From the NCBI RefSeq assembly GCF_009914755.1, contig NC_060934.1: a DNA stretch of 64,000 nt. One strand, 5' to 3'. This document shows, piece by piece, positions 49,980 through 64,000 of this stretch; within the stretch, counting starts at the first letter, position 1, and every line of letters starts with the position of its first letter. A program made the position numbers and the translations under genes. A model generated the notes under the pieces. That model was given only the letters and a program-made list of their open reading frames with translations. It had not been told where the DNA came from and made no database searches. The DNA comes from the human T2T-CHM13v2.0 reference genome, Homo sapiens.

Positions 49980-50700
49980 TTAACCAAACAAGATAGGTGA
50001 GAATTACTCAAAGGGCTGATGGCTGATGGAAAGACCAAAAAAGACTGAACTATATAAGAGGGTTAAGAAAGATAAGGGATAGAAGAAATGTCTTAGGCAT
50101 ATTTAACTGGAACACTAGAATGATAGGAGAGAGGAAGAATGAAGTACAGGTAACATCTTAAAAGATTAACAGCTGAAATTTTTCCAGAATTCATGAAATA
50201 CATGGATTTATATGCATTCAAAAAGCCAAATGAATTCTGGATAAGGCATAGAAAATGAAATTCCACCTAGACACAGAATAGTGAAAGTGCAGACATCTAA
50301 GAAAAAAAGAAAATAATAAAAACAGCCAGAGAAAGAAGCCAGATTACTTCCAAAGAGAGACTCTGACAACTGACTTTTAAATAGCCACTTTGAATATATA
50401 ATTTCATTGCCTCTTGCTTTCAGCGCACTGAGGAAAAAATAATAACTGCTAACCTAGCGTTATGTGCTTGGTAAAAACTACTTCCAAGAATGAGCACAAA
50501 TAAAAACATTTTCAGCAATAACAGAGACAGTTTGATAGCAGTAGACCTTCAAAACAGGAAATTCTAAAGATTTTTACTGTAAGCAGATGGAAAAACCATG
50601 GTGGATGAAAATGCTGAGTTGTGAGTTGGAGGTAAACAAAGAAAATGGTAATATGTGAGGAACTCTAAATGAATACTGATAGTATAAAACTGTGACAATG

Positions 50701-51025
<325 letters not shown>

Positions 51026-51572
51026 TCAAGGTCTGGGGTTTTTTATTTTAAAAAGAGAATGAAAATACATGACACAGTAGCATGTAAGTTGGGAACATAT
51101 GAAGTAGAAGTCCTGTAAGGTCCTTAGCTTGTCCATGGTGACAATGAAGGTAGAGATTAATGTTGAATTTTTAAAATAAAGGATTCAAGTAGTAATTTTG
51201 AAGGAAACTACCAAAACAACAGAAAGAGAATGTATAACATCAAGACATAGGGGAAAAATGAAAATGATAGAAATATTCTAATCAGTCCAAAGAAAATATA
51301 AGTAATAGAAAGAAAGAATAGGACAAAGAGAAAGCATAAAATGGGATGGTAGATTTTAAATTTTAAAAGTCAGTCATTACGTTAACTGTATTGAAAATAC
51401 TCTAGTTAAAAGCAAAGATTTGTACAACCCCAAAAAGCTTCAATTACAAGCAATTCACAAGAGCTCCATCAATACATTAGGAACACAGAAGAGCTGAAAG
51501 TAAAAGGACAGAAAAAGATAAACTACTCAGTGCTAACAGAAAAAAAAAGTATATACTTCAATATAAAATTTA

Positions 51573-51982
<410 letters not shown>

Positions 51983-53167
51983 TTAAAAATACTTCTCTTG
52001 GTAACTGAAGGAATAAGCAGCAGCAACAAAAAATCAATTAGAATACAGAATATTTGAATGACTTAATCAATAAGTTTGGCCTAATAGACACATATAGAAA
52101 ACTACAGTCAATAATTACAGAATATACCTATGGTTAAACATATTCAGAATACTTATTGAAATTAACCATATGTCTAAGCCATAAAATAAACAAATTTCAA
52201 AGGGCTAAAATGGTGCAAATTCAGCTTTCTGACCACAAAGCAATTAAGGTAAAAAATCAGTAACAAAAAAAAAAAAATGAAAAAAACTCTTATGTGAATA
52301 TTTTTTTAATTCTAAATAATCAATTACAAAAATTCTAAAGCAAACACTTAATAAAATTAGAAAATATTTTTAAATTATAGCACAAATAGAGCCAACAAAA
52401 CTTAGCGAGAAATAGTCCTAAATGTGAACATTAGGAAAAGGGAAAGATTAAATATTTATAAACAAAGTATTTCTAGAAATTAGAAAAAGAACAGTAAAAA
52501 TTAATGAAATAAAAACAAATGTACAATAGAGAAAATAAAGCCATAAGTTTTATATCTAAAAAGACTAATAGAATTGACAAAACTCTCACAAAATTAAGAG
52601 GAGAGAGGAAGAGAGTGCGAAAATTACCAACATCAGGACCAAAAAAAAAAAAGCATCAATGTAGAAACTACAGGTACGAAGTAATAATAATACAAATAAT
52701 TCTTTCCCAACAAATTTGAAAACTCTGATAAAATGGACAGTCTTGGAAAACTGTAAATCACCAAAATTGACTCAAGAAGAAACAGAAAGCTAGAATATTC
52801 TTTTAACCTTTAAAATAAATGAATTAGTTACCAAAAATCTTATCAAAAAGAAAATTCCCAGGCACAGGTGACCTAACAGGTAAGTTCTACTCAAGTAAAA
52901 GTTAATATCAATCTTTCACAGACTCTTCCACAGAAGAGGAAAGGCTCCTCCCAATACACTACACGAGACCAGCATGACTTTTTGAAATTCGGTAAAGAAT
53001 GAAAAAGTGAAATTACAACTGAACTCACTCATCAACATAGATCTCAAAATTCTAAACAAAATACGAGCAAACCAAATCCAGAAATATATAAAAAGGATAG
53101 TAAATTATGACCAAATTGGGTTTATCCCTAGAATGCAAGTTGGTTTAACATTCAAAAATCAGTGTAA

Positions 53168-53448
53168 GGCCAGGCACAATAGCTCACACCTGTAACCCCA
53201 GCACTTTGGGAGGCCAGTGGTGGGACGATCACTTGAGCCCAGAAGTTTGAGACCAGCCTGGGCAACACAGGAAGACTCACAGAAGTCTCTACAAAAAATA
53301 AAAAATTAGCCAGGCATGGTGGCATGCGCCTAAAGTCCTAGCTACTTGAGACACTGAGGCAGGAGGATCCTAGGAGTTTGAGGCTGCAATGAGCTACAAC
53401 TGCACCACTGTACTCCATCCTGGGTGACAGAGTGAGATCCTGTCTCTT

Positions 53449-53450
<2 letters not shown>
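53168..53450 (+). mobile_element. AluJ
   Basis: J diagnostics; tail replaced by an (AC)n run. Confidence 0.88.

Positions 53451-53451
<1 letters not shown>

Positions 53452-53486
<35 letters not shown>
53452..53486 (+). repeat. (AC)17 microsatellite
   Basis: Perfect dinucleotide run. Confidence 0.95.
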
Positions 53487-53488
<2 letters not shown>

Positions 53489-54520
53489 TTGATTGGTAAC
53501 GTAAGATGGATTGGATTGCTTTTCTCTTCTTTTAAAGAAAATAGTACACATGAAGAGGCAAGCAAAGAGTAGACAGCCAAAAATATAGAAGAAAAAGCTT
53601 TATGGAGGTGTGCTAGGGAGTTAATTTTTTTAAAATAATACTTTTCCCCTGGATTCTATAATACGTGTTATATGTAGCCACTTTCGAAAATTTACAATAT
53701 GTTTTCATTCTAAATAAATATTCACTTTCAAACTAAAAACTGCTTATGGTGTAATTCCATTTATAAAGTTCAACCAGCAAAATTAAACCACATTGCCTAT
53801 GAATGCTTATACAAATCATAAACTATGTCTTATGTGTAGTCTGACGTAGGAGTCATTAAGGGGGTTGGGAAGATTGTGACTGAGAAGAGATACACAGGCT
53901 GCCTTCAAGGTGTTGGAATTTTTGACCTAGGTGGATGATGGTCACATGGATATGACCAGGTCACATGGATGCTGGCTTATAACCACTTTTAAAACTCTAC
54001 TTATAAAGGTTTTTTATGTGCATTTCTGTACCTATATTATATTTCACATTATATGATGCTTGTAAAAATCATAATGAAATTATAAAACTAAAACTAATAT
54101 AGGTATTATGCAGGAAAGGAATGATTCCATAAGATTAAAAACTATAAAGATAGTATGGCACTATCCCGGGAATAAAAATAAAATCAACTCTCTAGCTAAT
54201 AAAAGTTGTTTCCCATGGGTTAACAATTCTGATACTGCTATATTGGTACACGTACACTGGGACTGAACAATTAAGTAAATCGATGGTGGATGGTAGTAGC
54301 AGGTTTTCCACTGTTGGAGGGGGAAGAGGCTACAATGATCCGTTTGCTAAGGATTAGAGTTGAAAACATCAATGAGAACTCATATTTAGTTTAGTATAGT
54401 TACAGATGATTACACATTGAAATGTTCATATACGTTTATGTGTGTTTACGCATGGGTTAACTTACACACATACACTTCTTTGCTTTGTCAGCTGAAAGAG
54501 GCTTAAAGAAACAACACTCC

Positions 54521-54834
54521 GGCCGGGCGCGGTGGCTCACGCCTGTAATCCCAGCACTTTGGGAGGCCGAGGCAGGCGGAATCACAAGGCCAGGAGACCG
54601 AGACCATCCTGGCTAACACAATGAAACCCCGTCTCTATTAAAAAAAAAACAAAAATACAAAAAATTAGCCGGGCGTGGTGGCGGGCGCCTGTAGTCCCAG
54701 CTACTCAGGAGGCTGAGGCAGTAGAATGGTGTGAACCTGGGAGGCGGAACTTGCAATGAGCCTAGACAGCGCCACTGCATTCCAGCCTGGGCGACAGAGC
54801 GAGACTCCGTCTCAAAAAAAAAAAAAAAAAAGAG
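54521..54834 (+). mobile_element. AluY (CpG-rich, young)
   Basis: GGCCGGGCGCGGTGGCTCACGCC intact; TSD AGAAACAACACTCC. Confidence 0.95.
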
Positions 54835-54850
54835 AGAAACAACACTCCAA

Positions 54851-55110
54851 GGCTGAGTGCGGTGCCTCATGCCTATAATCCCAGCACTTTGGGAGGCTGA
54901 GGCAGGAGCATCACTTGAGCTCAGGAGTTTGAGACCAGCCTGGGCAACACAGGGTACCCCATCTCTACCAAGAAGAAAAGAATTGAAAAGAAAAAGAAAG
55001 GAAAGGAGAGGCAGAGGGAAAGAAGAGAGAAGACAGAAGAGGGAAGAGAGAAGAGAGAGGAAGGAGGAGAGAAAAGAGAAAAGAAACGAAATGAAACAAA
55101 ACAAAACGAA
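54851..55110 (+). mobile_element. FLAM-like Alu left monomer with an expanded GA-rich tail
   Basis: Monomer 54851-54968 followed by ~140 nt of purine-rich tail and a TSD copy. Confidence 0.85.
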
Positions 55111-55517
55111 AAAGAAACAACACTCCAGCAGCGATAAGCAAACCTATTGCCCAGATCTTGATTTCTAAGCCCATCCCAACAAAAGGAACTAGAGCCCCTT
55201 AGAGAAATGTCTACTTCTAGGACTGGGGCAGGAAATACACAAGATGAGCCAAGAATATTTGTAGTATCAAAAGTAAGGAAGTGCTAAAAACCAATGAGCC
55301 CACATTGATGGGGGTTATCAAGGAAGCCAACTCAAAGAGCTCCCAAGGGCCAAAGCTGGAACAATTTGAGCAACAAAATAAAGTAGTCATGGCTTATAAC
55401 CCAAAGTACAAAATAAGTATCCATGACTCCATACTGATCTGAATGACTGAATAAATTAATAAATGGGAGAGAAAAGACAAAGAATTCCAAATAATTTAGA
55501 TAGCTCCTTTACCCTAA

Positions 55518-56200
<683 letters not shown>

Positions 56201-56529
56201 GATTTCTAAAGTCTTAGAAATCATTATGGCCAAGAGAAGCTTAATGAGAGACGACAACTAAATGTAATATGGTATTACGAATGAGATCCTGGAACAAAAA
56301 AAAAATGACATTAACGGAAAATGAAGGAAATCTGAATAAAGTACAGATTTTAGTTAATAATAATCATGTATCAATATCATTTCTCCAAATGAAATGAATT
56401 TACCATACTAATGTAAGATGCTAATAACAGGGGAAACTAAGGCAAGGCATATTGAAACTCTCTGTACTGTCTTCGTAATTTTTCTATAATTCTAAAATTG
56501 CTCTAAAAATAATCTATAAAAAATTAAAT

Positions 56530-57720
56530 ATAATCAACAGATCATACAGCCAAGAAAGAGAACTCAGAAAATATATGTAATGCTGGATTATGATAGAGGG
56601 GATATTAAAAATATACATGGAAAGGACAGACTATTGAATAAGTGATCTAGGGACTTGGTGGACTACATGAAAAAATAAAATCAGGTGAGATTAGACTACT
56701 GCCATGCTCCACATACAGATTACAGTTGGATTACAATTTCAAATGTGTAAAAACAAATCTTTAAGATAACTATTAAAAATCTTAGAGAATATCTTCATAA
56801 TCTTGGGATATGAAAGGCCTTCTTAAGCAGAAGAAAGGTAGCATGCACCATACAGAAAAGATTGATTTGACTACAAAAAAGTTTTCAACTATTATAGAAG
56901 AAATGTTATTATTTAAGGAATAAGAAGGACAAATGACTGACCAGAAGAAATGATGTTCAACCTATAATGGCTCAAAGGATGAATACACAAAATGTAAATA
57001 AATTCTGCAAGTAAATTAGAAAATGACGAACCAGTACAAAAATGGGGAAGAGATATGAAGAGATGAATCACAGAGGAATGACCATTAAACAAATGGAAAT
57101 ACGCTAGCTATCACTAGTAACGCACATTTCACACTTAAGATTTTATGTTTTTCCCAACAGATCGGTAAAAATTACAAGGATTGACAATATTTAATATTGC
57201 CAAGAATGTAGGGGAAAGCATCTTTAATACACTGACTGTAGATCATTCGGTGGTTTAACCACTCTGGAGGACAATTTGACATCATTAAATGTGTACATCT
57301 TCCCTTCCAAAATATTTACAAAAGGAGCAAAACCAGGCTTTTGTTAACAGCAATATGGTTCACTAAACAGCAATATGATGGAAAAGTATACATTAGTTTA
57401 AAAGAATGAGATAAATACACAGATGTATAGAGAGATATAGATAAACGTGCGTAAACACACCAACACTTTTCTATATTTAACACGGAAATATCTCTCCAAG
57501 AATATAGCTTGGTGTAGAAAAAAAGCTGAAGAATAATAAATAGGGCATAACAAAATCTGTGATTAAAAACAAAAGGAAAAGAGACTCAAAAACAATGTAT
57601 TAATGACATATATATGCAAGTATTGAATGCACAGGAAACTCTTACAGGCTACTTATCAAACGGAGAAAAAAAATGAGATCGGGGGAAAGCGGCATGTTTT
57701 TATGTATTACTTGTATAATT
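56530..57720 (+). mobile_element. Degenerate L1ME-type ORF2-end and 3' fragments
   Basis: AGAATATCTTCATAATCTTGGGATATGAAAGGCCTTCTTAAGCA and ACCACTCTGGAGGACAATTTGACA. Confidence 0.65.
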
Positions 57721-59663
57721 AGTTTTTTTTTTCTTCGTGAAATAAGCAAGAAGGGAAAGAAGAAGTGGTAAAAGTTTTACACAGAACGTATTTTCCCAAA
57801 TGAGCAATCCATGCATCTAGGCTGCTGTGAGTCGGGTGCCTTGCTCCTGTGGCACAAGGGTCTGACTTCAACTCTGTTCCCCTGGAACTAATGGGACGAC
57901 GTCAGCGACACTGCTAAGCAACGCTGCTTATGGGAAAAATGACCCGACTGGCCAGTTGCAAACATCTGATGCATACGCCGTACTTTGCGGCTTCTGTAAA
58001 TGCAGAGACTCTTGTCTTCTGTGCTTTGCTCAAACCTTGTGGGGACATAAGGTCAGAAAACATCATAAAGCAAGGTGTCACTCAGATCAGCACTTTAGAT
58101 TTGCACTGCAGCGAGCTGGCTGTGTGTGGAAAAGCTCCTTTTAAATTCTTAATAGCCTATGCTATTTTTCATGACTGACACCTAAACTGCCTTATAAACT
58201 ATAAATACTCCATTTTAATCCTCCTTCAAGTTATATGTAAGCAACGATATTTTGCATTAAATTAAACTAAGGCATTTTGGGTGAACAGCAAGGTTTAAAA
58301 CATATTCATTACACGACTGTAGTAAATTTATGGTTCACATAAATTTTATCCATAATTTCCCAAAGCACTATGGAAAGTTAAATCATTCATTTTTATAAAG
58401 TAGAACACAATGTGGGACTATATAAAACCTAAAAAGAAGAAAAAAAATTTCCAAAGGGTCTGGCTTCCAAGTTAAGGTCTTGAGAAAGAAAAGCTTTACA
58501 TAATCTAACAATCAAAACTTCTTCCTGACAAAAACGAATCCTCAATGTAAATCACAGCGGAAAAAAAAAATCATTCTTGATGGATAAAGATGAGACAAAA
58601 CTTGCCAAAATATAACTATGGATATGCTTGAAATAGCAAAGAATTATATTTGCAAATAGTGCAAATGAAAATGCCAGTGTAACATAATACAAGATAAAAC
58701 TGAATTTCTGTTTCGGTGTTTTTGAGATTATAGCACCAGTCATTGTAATTGTCCAATCTGAGACAGCCACCTCAGCTGGTTTGAGAGCTATATCAACCAA
58801 ATTCAGGATGGCCCATATAAAACAGAGAACATTCCTTTTCGTCACACTATGTTACCACTTCTTTCAAGGGGCTTTAAAAATGCATGACATAAGGCCCCCA
58901 ACCCCATTTACATTTTGTTTTAGTAGTTCTTAGAGGCATCCAGGATTTTACACTTTGAAAAAGTGCTGATTCTGGTCCAGAACAGGACCTCAAAGAGGCA
59001 TCTACCACCACACTTCTACTTCCTGAATCAGATCAGAAGGGGAGGATTTTATGTACACATGTGTGTGTGTTAGTTTTTTTTTCCTTTCTTATAAATACCT
59101 ATTCTAGGTATCTCAAAGTCTTATAACTGATAATAACATAAAATATGTTTGTTTGTTAGTTTTAATTGAATCCCTTAATGGTATGTATCAATTTCAGGAT
59201 AGTTTTACCTCTGGTGACAGACAGAAAACAGAGAATTGGGGTAAGGATAATGTTTTATTTCTTAAAGAAAAAAAAAAGAGAAAAATATGAATCAAGTGTG
59301 GCAAACAGTTCCTAGCTGTTATACATGAATGAAGGATAATATGGGTATCACAGTATTTGCCATACTTTTCTATAAGTTTCAAATACTTAATTTTTTAAAT
59401 TAAATGCACAGAATTATTCTAAAAGCAAGACAGTATGAGAATATCTGCACATGCCATCACTACCCAGAGAAAGAGGCAATGAGTCCATGTCCTCCAGTAA
59501 CTTTTACCTAGGAGGGCATCCCTGAGTTGATCTTATGTCCCTAGTGTTGGTGACAGAAAAACAAGCATGATCTGCCTGCATTTGCTTAAAGCATGCTGTA
59601 TTTCACTGTGAACAAGATTTAAGCAAAGATGGAATGAGAACTGCCCCTCTTGGGGTCACATAC

Positions 59664-59700
59664 CAGTGTCACTCCCAGATCCCGTTGACAAAGCTGGCAT
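59664..59700 (-). CDS. MPP7: MPP7 first coding segment (MPALSTGSGSDT plus first base of Gly13)
   Basis: Minus strand reads ATG CCA GCT TTG TCA ACG GGA TCT GGG AGT GAC ACT G|GTATGT (canonical donor). A at -3; an in-frame TGA lies 24 nt upstream. Phase-1 junction matches the exon at 23364. The peptide matches the MPP7 N-terminus as I recall it. Confidence 0.95.
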
Positions 59701-59831
59701 GATGCAAGGTGTAGGAACAGGTCAGCCCACCGCTCTCCGGACACCCTGCCTTCGGACAGCCACAGGGAATTCCAATTCAACAGCCTGCAGCCACGTTGTC
59801 TACCAAGATCTGTATATTTTGTAAGCCGTTT
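59701..59831 (-). other. MPP7: 5'UTR part of the MPP7 start-codon exon (whole exon 59664-59831, 168 nt)
   Basis: Minus-strand acceptor ATGTTTCTTTCCTTTCTAG|AAACGG with the AG at 59833-59832. No AUG in the 131 nt before the start. An acceptor here implies a non-coding exon and promoter further upstream, probably beyond the window end. Confidence 0.8.
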
Positions 59832-60227
59832 CTAGAAAGGAAAGAAACATTTATATTTTTTAAAAAGGGACCATCACCAAATCACAACATTCTGTAACTA
59901 ATTCAAAATTCTCATCCCAATCACTATTGGAGAGATCGCAACTCTTCAGAATTTTTTCTACAGACCACATGCAAGTACAAACTGTGAGAGTTTCTGATCT
60001 TGACAAGCAACTTCGAATTGAAAACATGAATGTTCTGCATGCGTGTGTTGAGGATTCCTTAAAGATTTTTACATTTGGGTTGAGGAACACTGATTGGATA
60101 CGTGGATAATTTTAAGAAGCTTCTGTAAGTCAATGTCATTCTCAACTTCCTTCCCTGTGTTACTATAATTCTCAGCTACATTTCTAAATGTAGAACAGAG
60201 ACTATATAAATTGTCAGCAACTTATAA

Positions 60228-60542
60228 TTTTTATTTTTTTATTTTTATTTTTTTTTTTGATACGGAGTCTCACTCTGTCACCCAGGCTGGAGTGCAATGG
60301 TGCGATCTGGGCTCACTGCAACCTCCGCCTCCTATGTTCAAGCAATTCTTCCTGCCCCAGGCTCCTGAGGAGCTGGGACTACAGGGGCCCGCCACCAAGC
60401 CTGGCTAATTTTTTTTTTTTTAATAGAGACGGGGGTTTCACCATGTTGGCCAGGCTGGTCTTGAACTCCTGACCTCAGGTCATATGCCCGCCTTGGCCTC
60501 TCAAAGTGCTGGGATTACAGGTGTGAGTAACCGGACCCAGCC
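60228..60542 (-). mobile_element. AluSx-like element, about 400 nt upstream of the start-codon exon
   Basis: Full antisense dimer. Confidence 0.92.
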
Positions 60543-60821
60543 TAATTGTATTTTTTTAAATAGCTCATCCTAATATGACAAATGCATGGTTCTCTAACTG
60601 ATGTCTGCAACTAACCTTGAAGGAATATTTACTAGAATGGAAGCAAGATGTTATTATAGATTTACAGAAGTGTTAGTAATCCAAAGTAAATCTAACAATC
60701 CAAGCTAGCATACATAAGTAAATTCTTTTAGTAAAAACTAACCTTTGCTTTATCTGGAAAAATATTAACTTTTTTTTCAATAACTATCTTAACTAATGTT
60801 TATCCTCAAATAAGCAGTAAA

Positions 60822-61045
60822 GGCAGTATAGCATAGTAGCTAAGAACAAGGGATCTAGAGTTTGACCTAATCTTTAATGCTGCTAGTTCTGTGATCTTCA
60901 ACAAGGTATTTCATCTTCTTAAGCCTTAACTTCCTTATATGCAAATAGAGACAATAGTAAATTAGAACTATTTGGTAATTAAATATACTCAGACATATAA
61001 TGCAGTGTCTGACACATGGTAAATAAACAAGAAACAATGGTTGTT
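60822..61045 (+). mobile_element. MIR
   Basis: GGCAGTATAGCATAGTAGCTAAGAACAAGGGATCTAGAG...CTTAAGCCTTAACTTCCTTATATGCAAA. Confidence 0.78.
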
Positions 61046-63074
61046 AGGGTTTTTTTTTAATTCAGGTAATGAGATTATACAATGAAAACACAAAAGAAAG
61101 TAGCAAGATTAAAATTTACATTGGCCTAACACCTAGAGGGAGGCCATCTGGTTTAAATTTGGATCACCCCTGGCTAATAACAGAGAAAGTACTCCATTTA
61201 CATTTTTGTAGAAATCAGAAGAACCATACACTGTGTTTTAAGTTCATTTTTAATGCACTTTCCTCAATTCTCTATAAAGCAAATTCAGTAATTTAGAAGC
61301 ATATTTTTAACATATATTAACAACAACAAAAAAACATTGGAAACACTGGAAAGACTGGTTCACATCAATTCTGAAAGCCTTTAAGTTGCTGATTCAAATT
61401 GCAGAATAAAGAGAAATGAACTTGCCAAATTTTACTTTAAAAAATCCAAACTGTAAGATTCTATTAAAGCCTTCTAAATTTGCTTTTTAATTGTTAAAGT
61501 GAAAATTCGTATTAAAAACTTCACCATCAAATGGATTATTTTAGACCAGACTATCTGCTGTAATACCTTGAATTTTCCTTTATGTTATTGCAAAGGCTGA
61601 CATAGTTAAAACATGCATACAAATCCATATAGAAAAGAGTGCTAATTTAAAATATAAGAATTGTTATTTGAAATGCCAAATGAAAATATAGCTGACTAAG
61701 CTAAAAATTAAAAATGTGAGGCAAGATTTCACTAATGCACACGTATGGAGCTGTTTTTTCTAACAATTTTGAAAGCAACTTTGCTTTGCCTTCATAAATT
61801 ATTCTAAAAAATCAGTGTGATGAATTCAACTACAGGAAAATGTTCCTTATATAAAGCAAGGCTAGAAATGAAGTAATTCAAAGTCAAAAAAAGACTGTAT
61901 AATTTAAAGAACACAGTCAATTAGTAGACTTTTGTTTTGCTAATATTAAAAAATGAAAATCAATTAAAATTTCTAAAATGTCTGCAGACACATTTGTACC
62001 ATTAGGCCAATATATATGCATGTATGTTTGTGAGTAGGTATTTATTATATGTGTGTGTATATATATGTAATTTAAGTTTCTTTATGTCATGAGAAAAGCC
62101 TAAATTTATATGGTATAGATTGCACATATGCTATACCATGTACACCATGCAACCTATCACTTTCTTCACAGCTTAAAGAACTTACAATGTTTCATGCTTG
62201 TAAACCATACACACCATATAATAAGACAACATATGCTTATATCAATTAGAATTTCATACAATTTGAAACATTCACATTCCATTAATACTAAAGACCTTAC
62301 ATTCCAAATCAAAATATCCTTTTGAGCTGATATTGCTGTTGTTCATCTATGCCATATACAAAAAGCCCTCATATTTCTTGTTTTTTATTTCATAATGAAC
62401 ACTCAAGGTTAAATTTTTCCAAAGCTGTATCATTTACTACAAAACAATTATCTTTTAAGTATATATACTACAAAGTAATCACCTTCTCAGACCATATACA
62501 AGCATATGAATTTAAAAAATGGTTTGACAGAATCCTAACCAGTAATACTTTGTATTTTGTGGAATGAAGCAAAGTTGCTAGGTTTAACTTTCAAACTGAG
62601 TTAAACTTTTGTAGTAATGATGTTATTTTCTTTGGCAAAATTCATTGAAAATGCTTTGGAATTTGTCGGAACGCAGCCATAATTATTACTGACTGTTGTA
62701 TGGAATCGATTTACTACAACACAAAAATACCAGCTGTAAAGTATGTCCTAAGAGGGATTACCGAATATTCTTAAATTGAAGTTCAATCCATCTTTCCATA
62801 AAAAAGAGAAAGACCCGAAAGCCAGGAACATAACAGCAGTATCAAGTGCACCTGAAGCATTTACAATACCCAATAGAACGATTACAACCCTCCTTTAAAA
62901 GGGCTTATTTTTGAAATTTCATTATTCCAGTTGTACCTTGCTTCTATATATCACACTGTATCAGGTTCCTCTGGCACTGATCATGTGGAAACAGTGAACT
63001 ATGTGAAGGTCTATGAGCTTACAACGTTCAATTTCTACCCACTCTGGGTAACTCTTAATGCTCCCGTGGCACTC

Positions 63075-63091
63075 ATGACATCTAGTGGTCA
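63075..63091 (-). promoter_or_regulatory. CTCF-like motif
   Basis: Minus strand TGACCACTAGATGTCAT, matching the CCACTAGATG(G/T)CA form of the core. Confidence 0.4.
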
Positions 63092-63649
63092 ACCACAGAA
63101 GTGCAAGTGTTTAAAACTTGTTTTCAGTAAATAATTAATTCCATAGTCTGCAACATTTTTTATTAATGTGAACATATACACACACACACAGTTAATATAT
63201 ATCAACAAGAAACCAAGTACTTTTCAAATACATTTCCTCTAAATTTGGGTAAGTGTTCAAGAATATGAAAACTTGTAATTAACTGTCATCATAAACTACT
63301 TTAATAATTATGTTAGCAATCTATCATTTCAGAAGAATAAGTGTGCTCAGAAATCCAACTGTAGATTATTTCACCAGATACACATACTCAAAAGTTACAT
63401 TTTCAAAACCTAATAGAGCAATAAAATAACACAAACAAGAGTAAACTTTTTAAAAATAAATCTATCACAGATTTTTGTAAAAGCTCAATCTGAAAGACTC
63501 ATTAGTTCTATTAGCCAGTGCAAGAAGCAGACTTATATCTGTTAACATATTTGGACCCTCATAAATTATAATTGTAAGAATAAAAGGAGGCAACATATAC
63601 TAAGTGGCAGACATCTGCTTATATAAAATGGTACTTGTACCTTTTATAC

Positions 63650-64000
63650 CAGCCATTCTCAAAGCATGGTCCACAGACCCCTAGTGGTCTCCAGGACCCT
63701 TCCAGAGGGGTCCATGAAGTCAAACTATTTTCATAAAATTACTAAAGAAAGTACTGAGATGTTATTTGTCTTTTGCACTGTACCAGCATTTGCACCAATG
63801 GTGAAAAGCAATGGTCACAGTTGGTAAAACCACTGGCACCTGAGCATGAGTCAGGATAATGGCACCAAATTGAAACTATTCAACATTGTGTTCTTCACTG
63901 CCAAGGATGCTCATTCAGAGTAGGAGGAGGAAAAGGAAGAAAAGCAGGAAGAGGAGGAGGGGAGAGGGAAGGTTCATTATAGAATATCCTTAATGAAGCA
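63650..64000. mobile_element. Charlie1-family hAT transposon end (continues past the window)
   Basis: CAGCCATTCTCAAAGCATGGTCCACAGACCCCT...GTCAAACTATTTTCATAA...GGCACCAAA...AGAATATCCTTAATGAAGCA. Confidence 0.8.

Noticed and set aside
59860-60109. Overlapping 76-aa and 60-aa ORFs next to the start-codon exon
   Set aside because: Short, with no homology I recognise and no supporting splice signals; expected by chance.

Overview
Primate (human-like) genomic DNA from inside the minus-strand gene MPP7, a MAGUK p55-subfamily scaffold protein. Only two exons are present. The start-codon exon is 59831-59664 (131 nt of 5'UTR plus 37 nt of CDS), and the next coding exon is 23364-23246 (119 nt), separated by a 36.3-kb intron. 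Spliced, they encode [52 protein letters not shown], the start of the N-terminal L27 region. The rest is intron, dense in transposon remnants: about 35 Alus, several old L1s, L2/MIR, MaLR/ERV LTRs (THE1, MST, MLT, LTR8-type) and DNA-transposon MITEs (Tigger4a, MER53, MADE1, Charlie1). Nearly all ORF-track entries are Alu/L1 artefacts. I see no convincing new multi-gene system. The best leads are a predicted 130-aa ORF on a two-exon back-spliced circle, a possible intron-readthrough truncated isoform, a miR-548-like MADE1 hairpin, a templated 85-bp local copy, and a target site reused by two Alus. Repeat subfamily names come from recall of consensus sequences, not from a database run, and boundaries are approximate.
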